A stretch of 64,000 nt of DNA from an uncultured bacterium. Lineage in GTDB: Bacteria; Actinomycetota; Acidimicrobiia; Spongiisociales; UBA5794. The notes beneath the pieces were generated by a model that searched no databases, had not been told where the DNA came from, and saw nothing but the letters and a program-made list of their open reading frames with translations. Positions 8,765-17,773 of the stretch are shown in pieces. The stretch is taken from positions 128,001-192,000 of the forward strand of contig CAWDDT010000005.1 of NCBI GenBank assembly GCA_963801165.1, given 5' to 3'. The position numbers and the translations under genes are program-made. How positions within the stretch are numbered: the stretch's first letter is position 1; every line of letters starts with the position of its first letter.

Positions 8765-10270
8765 TCACTCCGGCTCGGGCATGCCCGGCAGTTGGAGCCA
8801 TTTGATCTTGGGGATCTCCGGTTGTGGTGCGACGACAACGTCCTCGACATCTGCGGGGACCGGCTGCGAAGGATGCGGGGCATCGCCGAGCCGCGCCTGT
8901 TCGCGCCACATAGCGCTCTTCAATTGCTCTCGGATGTCGCGATACTCGGGATCGTCGTAGACGTTGTTGACCTCGTCGGGGTCGTTCTCGAGGTCGTACA
9001 GCTCCCACTCGGGCGGGAACTTGAGGAAGAACAGAGTGAACGGAAGCCCGAAACCGTCGTTGTAGTAATAGATGAGCTTGTACCGCTCGGTGCGGTAGCC
9101 GTAGTGGGCCGGCGCCTTGTGGATGATGTCGTCGTTCTCCCAGTACCGGTAGTACACGCCCTCGACCGGCGGTAGGTCCTGCTCTCCGACGAGGTCGGGC
9201 CAGAAGCTGCGGCCCTGCATTTTCGGGTGGTGCTCGACACCGGCGGCGTCGAGGATCGTCTGGGCCATGTCGACGTTGCTGACGATGCCGTCAAAGGCGC
9301 GTCCGGCCTCGAGTTTGCGTGGGTAGCTGAGCAGGAAGGGCATCCGCAACGACTCCTCGAACATGAGTCGCTTGTCGAACCAGCCGTGATCACCTAGGAA
9401 GAATCCCTGGTCCGACGAGTAGATGAGCAGGGTGTCGTCGAAATCCGCACGGTCACGCGACCAGTCGATGAGCCGGCCCACGTTCTCGTCGATCGATTCC
9501 ACACAGGCCAAGTAGTCCTGCATGTAGCGCTGGTATTTCCACACCGCCATGTCCTCATACGAGAGCCCCTCGGGGGGGTCCTCTTTGAGGTCGTCGGTGG
9601 TTAGGTGGTCGGCTACCCGCATCGCCGCCCTGCGGGCCGACGCGCTCCGAGTCGAATAGTCGTCCCAGAATGTCCTCGGGAGTGGTACCGGATCCTCGTA
9701 CATCACCTTGTGCTCCGGCTTCGGCTCCCACGGACGGTGCGGCGCCTTGTGCCACACCAGCATGCACCACGGATCGTCGCCTTCGAGCGACTCGACCCAA
9801 TCAGTGGCCAGGTCCGTAATGATGTCGGTGGCGTACCCCTCGACCGTCCGCGCGCCGTCTTCGGTGATGAAGGTCGGGTTCCAGTACTCGCCCTGGGCGG
9901 GCACGATATCCCAATAGTCGAACCCCACCGGGTCACTGACACCGCCGTGACCCATATGCCATTTACCGATCATCGCCGTCTTGTACCCGGCCGCCTTCAG
10001 CTGCGAGATGAATGTCGGCTGGCTGGCGTCGATCGGGGTGAACAGCGAGTACACGCCGTTCACGTGGCTGTAGGCGCCGGTGAGGATCGACGCCCGCGAC
10101 GGTGAGCACAGCGAGTTGGTGACAAAGCAGTTGTCGAGACGAAAGCCGTTTGTGGCGATCTCGTCGATACGTGGTGTCTGATTGACCACCGAGCCGTACG
10201 CCCCGATCGAATGGGCGGCATGGTCGTCGGTGAGGATGAAGATGATGTTGGGACGGCGCTCCGTGCTCAT
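8765..10270 (-). CDS. Cys-type sulfatase (N-acetylglucosamine-6-sulfatase-like)
   Basis: 'RPNIIFILTDDH', 'NSLCSPSRASILTG', 'GKWH', 'HKAPHRPW', 'SSDQGFFLGDHGWFDKR' and 'ELYDLENDPDE'. ATG at 10270 after GAGGA. Confidence 0.93.
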   Translation of the reverse strand: MSTERRPNIIFILTDDHAAHSIGAYGSVVNQTPRIDEIATNGFRLDNCFVTNSLCSPSRASILTGAYSHVNGVYSLFTPIDASQPTFISQLKAAGYKTAMIGKWHMGHGGVSDPVGFDYWDIVPAQGEYWNPTFITEDGARTVEGYATDIITDLATDWVESLEGDDPWCMLVWHKAPHRPWEPKPEHKVMYEDPVPLPRTFWDDYSTRSASARRAAMRVADHLTTDDLKEDPPEGLSYEDMAVWKYQRYMQDYLACVESIDENVGRLIDWSRDRADFDDTLLIYSSDQGFFLGDHGWFDKRLMFEESLRMPFLLSYPRKLEAGRAFDGIVSNVDMAQTILDAAGVEHHPKMQGRSFWPDLVGEQDLPPVEGVYYRYWENDDIIHKAPAHYGYRTERYKLIYYYNDGFGLPFTLFFLKFPPEWELYDLENDPDEVNNVYDDPEYRDIREQLKSAMWREQARLGDAPHPSQPVPADVEDVVVAPQPEIPKIKWLQLPGMPEPE

Positions 10271-10290
10271 TCGGTTTCCTCTCGTATCGC

Positions 10291-12009
10291 TCACCGCGCC
10301 GCGTCCCACAGACCGCAATACGGGTCGGCCGGGCTGATGCCGGTGAACTCGGCTCTGCCCAGCAACCGCTCCACCACCGCGTCGATCACGGGCACCGAAG
10401 ACGTGTAGCCGTTGATAAACGTCTTGACCATCGGCACGTCCTGGAGGTGATATGGATTGTCGATCGAGATGAAGAGGGTGGGAATCTCCTCGACGAGCCG
10501 GGGCACATCGAACCCCATCGGGTTGCCCCAATTGATCCTCACGGTCGTCTGGTTGCTGGCGGTCTTGATGCTGGCGAGGTAGACGATCATGTCGTACCCG
10601 GCTATCTGCGCAAGTGGATCCATCAGCTTGGCCCATGCCTCGGGACCGGTCGCCTCGGCATAATCGAAGGTGTCGACATCGAACCCTTCCCCCGTGAGCG
10701 TCTCGACAAAGTACCCGGCCACGCCACCGCCCTCGTCCATGTATCCGCCGACGTCTCCGAGCACGTACAGAAGGATCTTGCGTTGGCGCTCGGGTGAGAT
10801 TGGGAGCAAGCCCTGGGTGTCCCGCACCAGCGTGATAGCTCGGTCGGCGCATTCACGCGCCCACGCCTGGTGATCGTCGCAGCCGACGACGGCCAGGGCC
10901 GATTCGTCGGGAACCAGCGTGCCTTCGGCCTGCTTGCGGTGCAGACCGAGCGACGCCTTCAGACTGAGGATGGCGGTGACAGCCTCATCCAGACGCTCCT
11001 TGGTGAGCGCACCGCGTTCGAGACCGTCGAGCATGAACTGGTAGTCCTGAGCCAGGTTCGCGGCAAACAGGAATATGTCGCTACCCGCCATGATCGCAGC
11101 CGGCACGGCATCGGCGCGGCGCATCGAAGCCATCATCCCGGCCATCGCCGTGGCATCGGTCGTCACCACGCCGTTGAAACCGAGCTTGCCACGGAGCAGG
11201 TCGATGGTGATCTCGGGGGCCAGCGTCGACGGCTTGATGTCGGCATCGGCTATCCCCGGCCGCAACAATCGGGAGTAAGCAGGCTGCATGATGTGTGCTG
11301 CCATCACACCGTCTGCTCCCGCATCGATCATGCCCTGGTAGACCGTGCCGAAGGTGGCATCCCAATCGGCAACGGAAAGGCCGTTGACGCTCGCCACCAG
11401 GTGCTGGTCGCGGCCGTCCACCCCATCGCCGGGCCAGTGCTTGAGCGCCACCGCAAGCCCGGCCTCCTGGAAACCCTCCATACACGCGTGGGCGAGGCGG
11501 AGTACCCGGTTGGGATCGGAGCCGTAGGTCCTGGTGTTCGTTATCGGGTTCGCCGGGTTCGTGTCGATATCAATCACCGGGGCGAAAGCCCAGTTGCAGC
11601 CCACCGCCGCACCCTCACGTCCTGCCACCAGACCGAGGTGGTATGCGTGCTTCTCGTCGTCGGTGGCCGCGATGCCGTACTGGCTGGAGAAATTGGTTCC
11701 ATCGAGAGCTATGCCGTCACCGCCACGCTCGAGATTGGCCGCCAGCAACAGTGGAACCGAAGCCGACTCCTGAAGCACACGGTGCAGGTGCTGGACCTCC
11801 TTGGCCGCAAACGGTCGCGCCATGAAACCAGCGGGTTCGATGCCAACCTCGCGGATCGCATTCAGATTGACCTCGGGGTCGGGGTCGGTGACCACGAGCA
11901 CGAAGAGCTGACCGACCTTGGTGGCGAGGTCCATCCCGGCCAGCGTGTCCTCCACCCAGGCAACGTCTTCGTCGCTGAGCTCGAACGGCGGGGCTTTCGG
12001 GTCGATCAT
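10291..12009 (-). CDS. GH3 enzyme, Nag3-like (beta-N-acetylglucosaminidase / candidate glycoside phosphorylase)
   Basis: 'PLLLAANLERGG', 'FAPVIDI', 'KHWPGDGVDGRDQH' and nucleophile region 'FNGVVTTDAT'. ATG at 12009 after AAGGAG. Confidence 0.9.
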   Translation of the reverse strand: MIDPKAPPFELSDEDVAWVEDTLAGMDLATKVGQLFVLVVTDPDPEVNLNAIREVGIEPAGFMARPFAAKEVQHLHRVLQESASVPLLLAANLERGGDGIALDGTNFSSQYGIAATDDEKHAYHLGLVAGREGAAVGCNWAFAPVIDIDTNPANPITNTRTYGSDPNRVLRLAHACMEGFQEAGLAVALKHWPGDGVDGRDQHLVASVNGLSVADWDATFGTVYQGMIDAGADGVMAAHIMQPAYSRLLRPGIADADIKPSTLAPEITIDLLRGKLGFNGVVTTDATAMAGMMASMRRADAVPAAIMAGSDIFLFAANLAQDYQFMLDGLERGALTKERLDEAVTAILSLKASLGLHRKQAEGTLVPDESALAVVGCDDHQAWARECADRAITLVRDTQGLLPISPERQRKILLYVLGDVGGYMDEGGGVAGYFVETLTGEGFDVDTFDYAEATGPEAWAKLMDPLAQIAGYDMIVYLASIKTASNQTTVRINWGNPMGFDVPRLVEEIPTLFISIDNPYHLQDVPMVKTFINGYTSSVPVIDAVVERLLGRAEFTGISPADPYCGLWDAAR

Positions 12010-12977
12010 GTTGGGTCTCCTTGTGTTTGTAGAGCGTGGAGGGCGAGCTTCGCCCACAAATCCTCGAGAAGCAGACGGTTGTCGAGCGAGGTGTACACGC
12101 GCAGAGGCCGTCCGTCGTGTCGCGGCTGGTAGCCGCCCGTGCCGGTCATACGGGGACAGCCTTTGACGATGTGTCTGCTCGAGGAGGGCGCGGGCTCGAA
12201 CGACGATTGCAGTGCAGTAAGAAGCACAAGAGGGCTGTCCCCGAGAATGTACGTCTCCCCCAGATTGAGTCCGTGGTCCCCGGCGGCCACGGTGACGTCG
12301 GCCAGAGACTGGAACAGGTGGTGGCCGAGTGAGCCGTGCGGCGCCATGTGTAGCCGCATCTCCGCCCACGACGCCAGCGTGGTGCGGTATACGTCTCTCG
12401 GAACCTGCCAGATGGGCAGATCCGACTCGTTGAAGACCACCTGGGCGGCGAGCGGGTCGATTGCAGTGTTGTACTCGACGACGTCGCCCCCGGGGGGTGG
12501 CTCGGCCATCCCTGCATGCTCGCACCCGCCGATCCAGATGAGTATCAGACGATCGGCGATGCGGGGTTCCATGAGCCATGCCGAGGCAATCTCGGTGAGC
12601 CCTCCCCCGCAGGTCACGAACAGCGGGAGGTCGGTGTCGTCACGCATCGCCTCGGCCACGATCACCTCAGCGGCGGGGCTCGGCGCCGGGGTGTCGATCT
12701 TTGACAGCGGCGTATTCGCCCCGGCGACAACGCGAACGTCATGGCGGTGGCACAACTCTGCCACCCTCCCGGCCGCCGCAGCGGCATGGTCGGCGGTAGC
12801 GTCGGAAGTGTCGAAGGGATCGCCGAAACGCAGATGGGAGCCGATGACGGCAGCCACGTCGACGCTCGGGCTCAACAGCAAGTGCGCCAGCTGCACGAGA
12901 CCGTCGGGATCGCCTCCGTAGTCGTTGTCGGAGATGATCCGCATGCGCGGGCGGGTCGACCAGCGCTCAACCGACAT
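12006..12977 (-). CDS. Nucleoside hydrolase (IU-NH) fold protein
   Basis: 'IISDNDYGGDPDG', 'GGGLTEIASA', 'EYNTAIDPLAAQVVF' and 'LGDSPL'. Confidence 0.82.
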   Translation of the reverse strand: MSVERWSTRPRMRIISDNDYGGDPDGLVQLAHLLLSPSVDVAAVIGSHLRFGDPFDTSDATADHAAAAAGRVAELCHRHDVRVVAGANTPLSKIDTPAPSPAAEVIVAEAMRDDTDLPLFVTCGGGLTEIASAWLMEPRIADRLILIWIGGCEHAGMAEPPPGGDVVEYNTAIDPLAAQVVFNESDLPIWQVPRDVYRTTLASWAEMRLHMAPHGSLGHHLFQSLADVTVAAGDHGLNLGETYILGDSPLVLLTALQSSFEPAPSSSRHIVKGCPRMTGTGGYQPRHDGRPLRVYTSLDNRLLLEDLWAKLALHALQTQGDPT

Positions 12978-14440
12978 CGCCGCTGCCCTCCTCGTGATAC
13001 CAATCGAATCCGAGCTCCCCTGAGACGCAGTACATTCCGGCGACACGGCCAGTGAATGAACCGGTTGGCTCCGCCGTGAGGAACCGGCCGTCGAAGACAG
13101 CCACGTCAGAAGGACCGGCGTCGCCGACAAACCCCAGAGCGATCAGGTCCGACGTGATGATGAACTCACCGTCCGTTTTCCGGGCCTCGACGAAGAGCAC
13201 GACGGGCCCGGGCGGTAGAGGCATGCGACGCTCGTCGGTGATCGTTGCCAGACGGGCCCGGGCGACCACCTCAGCCCCGTTGACCTCGATGTCGTAGTGG
13301 TGGTCCTCGTCATAGCGAAGGCTCAGCCCGCCCACACCTGTGCGATCCGAGATCGACGCGCTCGATGCGGGCGTCGAGACAACACACCCGACGGCCGATG
13401 AACGTAGGCACCAAAGCGTCCATAGTCCGGCCCTCTCCCTCGATTCTGACCAAGCCGGCGTCGAGCATGGCGACCTCTCTAGGCAGACGCCGCACGCCAA
13501 TCCACTCGAGCCCGAGATCGTCCCCGTCGAAGTCATCGTGGAATACGGGCGGGCGAACTGTATCGGGGAGGACAACCGGCTCCACCACCGGCCAGCCGTC
13601 GACCCAGTCGACGCCGGTGATGAAGCTCTCCCGCCCCAGCGGCGAGAACGACGCCCTGCCCCCCGTGGTTCGAGTTCCCAGCATCACCATGCGCCAGCTG
13701 CCGTCGGGCGCGGCAACGAGGTCGCCGTGACCCGTGCTCTGGACCACCCGGCTCGTACCACTTGCGGTGAGGATCGGGTTGTCGGGGCACGGCACGAAGG
13801 GTCCTGTAGGTCTATCCGACCGGGCGATGCTCACCGAGTGCCCCCGCTCGGTACCGCCCTCGGCGATCATCAGGTACCACCAATCGCCGACGTGGTACAG
13901 GTGTGGCGCCTCGGGGAACATCAGCCCGGACCCCGACCACAGAGAGCGCGGCCCCTCGAGGGCTCGTCCGGTCTCGAGATCGATCCGTACTTGCTGGATG
14001 CCGAGATGCTGGAAGCCTGCGCCGAGCAGAAGCCCGGAGAAGGTCAGGTAGCACGTGCCGTCGTCATCCCAGGCAAGGTCCGGGTCGATGCCGTCGATGT
14101 CGCGTAGCAGTACAGGGTCGCTCCACGGTCCGGCAGGATCGTCGGCTGTGAACACCATGTTGCCCCTGCCCATGGCATCGGTAACGATGAGGACGAACCT
14201 ACCGCCGTGGTACCGGATCGTGGGAGCCCATATCCCACCGGCGGTTCGCACTCCTTCCTCGAGGATGCCTGGCCTGTCGATCACGTTGCCGATGAGCTCC
14301 CACTCGGTCAGGTCGCGGCTGTGGTAGATGGGCAGACCGGGCTGGTATTCGAAGCTCGATGTCGCCAGGTAGTAGTCCGCCCCGACCTTCACCACCGACG
14401 GATCGGGGTTGAATCCGGGAATGATGAGATTCGACTTCAT
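12967..14440 (-). pseudogene. GH43 beta-xylosidase/arabinofuranosidase with one frameshift near 13360
   Basis: GH43 catalytic domain ('PGFNPDPSV', 'WAPTIRYH', 'GIDPDL', 'PEAPHLY', 'TGHGDL') in ORF 13310-14440. The C-terminal beta-sandwich ('GGLSLRYDEDHHY...GSFTGRVAGMY') continues in another frame to 12967. Confidence 0.8.
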
Positions 14441-16866
14441 GGGACGAGCTCGATCGCTGCGGTCGCCGGCGTGTCGACAACACTGAATCCGGCCAGGATG
14501 GCAAACGTGCCCGGCTCGAATTGCCAGCCGCCATCGAAGTGAGCGAGTTCCCTAGAGGACACCTCGATCTCGATATCGGCTGTCTCGCCGGGTCCAAGCT
14601 CGATCTCGGAGAAGCCGATCAACCATCGTGCCGGTCTGTCAACCGAGCTATCCGTACGCTCGCCGTATAGCTGGACGACCTGTTTCCCGGTGCGCTCGCC
14701 CGTGTTGGTGAGACGCACGCCTACCACGAATGAGCGTCCCGCCACCACCTGAGCCGGCAGCGTCATCGAGTCGAGCGACCACGTCGTGTACCCGAGACCG
14801 TGACCAAAGCAGTACGCAGGCTCGGCGCCGGAGCGAAGCCACCCGCGATATCCGATGTGCAGTCCCTCGTCGTACCGCACTTGTCCATCGACGGGGATCG
14901 GCCGACCGATGGGGAGGACGTCCTCCGTCGGCGGCCACGTAGTCGTCAGCCGGCCGCCCGGTTCAGCCTTCCCGTACAAGACGTCGGCGAGGGCGTGGCC
15001 AAACTCCTGACCGGGGAAATGCACGATGAGAATCGCCGGTACCTCGTCGCGCCAGGGAAGGATGACGGGAGCGCCCGAGTTGACTACCACAATCGTGCTC
15101 GGGTTGGCGGCGGCAACTGCACGCACCAGGTCATCCTGACGGCCGGGAAGGGCCAGAGTGGTCCTATCTACGCCTTCAGACTCGATCTCTGCATTCGTCC
15201 CGACAACAACAACGGCTACGTCGGAGCGAGACGCTACGGCAACAGCCTCTTCGATCAGCCGGTCGCCGTTGGACGTGTCGGGCTTCGTGCCGAACTTGAA
15301 GAACAACGCGTCGCCGAGCGCCCCCATACCCTTGAGCGGCTCCAGAACGAGCTCCAGCTCAAGCACCTGGCCCGCGGTGACACCTAGCTTCCCGCTGTGA
15401 ACCGGCGGCACGAGCAGCCCCTCGACGTCGAGCCCCGTACCCTGCTCGGGAGCATGTCGGAGAAACTCGGAACCGTCCACGGAAAGGACCGCCGGGTAGA
15501 TGCCTCCATAGGCGAGCTCGATCGCCCCGGTGAATTCCACGCGGAAACTGGTACGCAGCGAGACCGTGGCTGCATCTCCAACCGGGGCACTCCCGCCGAA
15601 GTAGGTAAGGCTCGTCAGCCGCCGATCCTCCACATGCATGGCAGAGCCGGCGGCATCGGCGAATGTCACCCTCACCCCGGGAGCCCCGGTCACCGGGTTG
15701 GTCAGATTCTCAATCGGGAGGTCGGCGATTCCCGACTCGACGATTGCCCCCAGGGCGTACTCAACGCGATTTTCCCCGACCGCCGTGGCTAGACCCTCGA
15801 GAGCGGAGACGACGTGCTCCGGTATGACGGTGGCGCTGCCTCCACCCAGGACACGAGCCATCGTGGCGTTGTGGCCGATCAGGGCTACGGTCGACTCTGG
15901 GGCAAGCGGGAGGATGCCGCTGTTCTTGACGAGTACCGACCCGGCGATCGCCGCCTCACGGGCGAATACCTTGCCATCGGTGGCCGCTGGAGTGGCCGGC
16001 GCTCCACCGACCGACTCCAGCCCACCGACGCGGGCGGCTAGGAGGAGGTTCCGCCGCACCTTGCGATCAATTGTCTCTTCAGGAATCTTCCCGGACAGGA
16101 CGGCGTCGACAAGCGCCTGGCCCCACGGTCCGTCGGGCCCGGGCATGACGAGGTCCTGTTCCTTCTCGGCACTATGGAGTGAGCGCACCGCCGTCCAGTC
16201 GCTGATCACGACACCGTCGAAACCCCATTCGGTTCTGAGGGGGTCGTCGAGCAGGTCGTTCTCCGATGAGGTAACGCCGTTGATCGAGTTGTAGGAACTC
16301 ATCACCGACCAGGCCCCGGCGCGAACCACATCCTCGAAGGGGCGCAGGTACAGCTCGCGAAGTGCTCTTTCGGCGACCACAACGTCGACCGTGAAGCGAT
16401 CTGTTTCGAAGTCGTTGGCGACATAGTGCTTGGGGGTAGCGCCGACACCGCTGTCCTGAACGCCGTCGACATACGCACACGCAAGAGCCCCGGTGAGTAG
16501 CGGGTCCTCGCTCATGCACTCGAAGTGGCGGCCGCCGTATGGAGTGCGATGGAGGTTGATGGTGGGGCCGAGAACGATGTCTACACCTTTGCGCCGAGCC
16601 TCACCGGCCAGTACGACACCAAAACGCCGGGCAAGAGCTCGGCTCCACGACGATGCCAGCGCCGTCAACGAAGGCAGACAGAGCGAGGGGTCGCGGTCGT
16701 CCCAGGTCTCACCGCGAACCCCAATGGGTCCGTCCGACAGCAGCAAGCTGCGCAGACCGATGCGCTCGAGGGGAACCGTGTTCCAGAAATCACGCCCCGT
16801 GAGCAGAGCAACCTTCTCCTCGAGCGTCAGCGAGGCGACGAGCTCGTCGATTGTCCCGGAGGTCAT
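14437..16866 (-). CDS. GH3 beta-glucosidase with PA14-type insert and Fn3-like C-terminus
   Basis: 'SDGPIGVRG', 'GGRHFECMSEDP', 'KHYVAND', 'VISDW', 'ESEGVDR' and 'FGHGLGYT'. Confidence 0.93.
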   Translation of the reverse strand: MTSGTIDELVASLTLEEKVALLTGRDFWNTVPLERIGLRSLLLSDGPIGVRGETWDDRDPSLCLPSLTALASSWSRALARRFGVVLAGEARRKGVDIVLGPTINLHRTPYGGRHFECMSEDPLLTGALACAYVDGVQDSGVGATPKHYVANDFETDRFTVDVVVAERALRELYLRPFEDVVRAGAWSVMSSYNSINGVTSSENDLLDDPLRTEWGFDGVVISDWTAVRSLHSAEKEQDLVMPGPDGPWGQALVDAVLSGKIPEETIDRKVRRNLLLAARVGGLESVGGAPATPAATDGKVFAREAAIAGSVLVKNSGILPLAPESTVALIGHNATMARVLGGGSATVIPEHVVSALEGLATAVGENRVEYALGAIVESGIADLPIENLTNPVTGAPGVRVTFADAAGSAMHVEDRRLTSLTYFGGSAPVGDAATVSLRTSFRVEFTGAIELAYGGIYPAVLSVDGSEFLRHAPEQGTGLDVEGLLVPPVHSGKLGVTAGQVLELELVLEPLKGMGALGDALFFKFGTKPDTSNGDRLIEEAVAVASRSDVAVVVVGTNAEIESEGVDRTTLALPGRQDDLVRAVAAANPSTIVVVNSGAPVILPWRDEVPAILIVHFPGQEFGHALADVLYGKAEPGGRLTTTWPPTEDVLPIGRPIPVDGQVRYDEGLHIGYRGWLRSGAEPAYCFGHGLGYTTWSLDSMTLPAQVVAGRSFVVGVRLTNTGERTGKQVVQLYGERTDSSVDRPARWLIGFSEIELGPGETADIEIEVSSRELAHFDGGWQFEPGTFAILAGFSVVDTPATAAIELVP

Positions 16867-16936
16867 GTCACCACCCCTTCCGGGGGGAAGTGAGTCCAGA
16901 TTCGCAGGAAGCGAAGGGCACCCATGCTTCGACCTC

Positions 16937-17773
16937 TCATCCGGCCGCCGCCGCGGCGAGACGCTGCCTTTCCTGCCTCCGCTCGGCTTGCCGATCAGGA
17001 TCGGGCACCGGTGCAGCCATCATCAGTCGCCGCGTGTATGGCTCCTGTGGATGCTTGCTGATCTGCTCGCCATCGCCCCATTCGACGATGCCACCGTCTT
17101 GCATGACCGCGATGCGATGGCTCAGGTAATGAACCACTGCCAGGTCGTGAGAGATGAACAGGTAGGCGACCCCGGTCTGTTTCTGTATCTCGAGGAACAG
17201 ATCGAGCACCTTGGCCTGCGTCGACAGGTCGAGCGCAGACACCGGCTCGTCACACACGATGAGCTTCGGGTCGAGCGCAAGTGCCCGAGCGATAGCGATA
17301 CGCTGCCGCTGGCCGCCGCTGAATTCCTTCGGTTTGCGGTCGGCTGCGTTCTTGGGCAGTTTGACCTCATCGAGCAGATCCCGCACCCGAGCCCTGGCCT
17401 GATCCTTGGGGACCTTGCGGACGGTCATCGGCTCGGTGAGGATCTGCTCGATCGTCATCGATGGGTTGAGCGACGAATAGGGATCCTGGAACACGACCTG
17501 GATGTCGCTGGCCATCTCCCGGCGTGTGGCCCGGTTGGCGTTGGCGATTTCCTTGCCCTCGAAGCGGATCGACCCGCCGGTGACCGGGGCCAGACCGAGA
17601 ATCCCACGACCAAGAGTCGTCTTCCCGGACCCGGACTCGCCGACGAGACCAACGCACTCGCCCCGTCGGATGTCGACCGACACATCTTTGATGATGTGAT
17701 AACCGGGGTGGCGCAGGCCACGGCCCGGATAGGTGATGTCAACGTGCTCGCAGACGCAAATGGGCTCTGTCAT
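16937..17773 (-). CDS. Peptide/nickel-family ABC transporter ATP-binding subunit
   Basis: Walker A 'GESGSGKTT', 'FSGGQRQR' and 'CDEPVSALD'. Confidence 0.95.
   Translation of the reverse strand: MTEPICVCEHVDITYPGRGLRHPGYHIIKDVSVDIRRGECVGLVGESGSGKTTLGRGILGLAPVTGGSIRFEGKEIANANRATRREMASDIQVVFQDPYSSLNPSMTIEQILTEPMTVRKVPKDQARARVRDLLDEVKLPKNAADRKPKEFSGGQRQRIAIARALALDPKLIVCDEPVSALDLSTQAKVLDLFLEIQKQTGVAYLFISHDLAVVHYLSHRIAVMQDGGIVEWGDGEQISKHPQEPYTRRLMMAAPVPDPDRQAERRQERQRLAAAAAG

Noticed and set aside
10271-10852. Long N-terminal extensions given by the ORF track (sulfatase to 10852, GH3 to 12579, lacI to 23823, sigma to 38372)
   Set aside because: The extensions overlap neighbouring genes and are low-complexity. 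Downstream starts with an SD or stop-start coupling fit the family N-termini.
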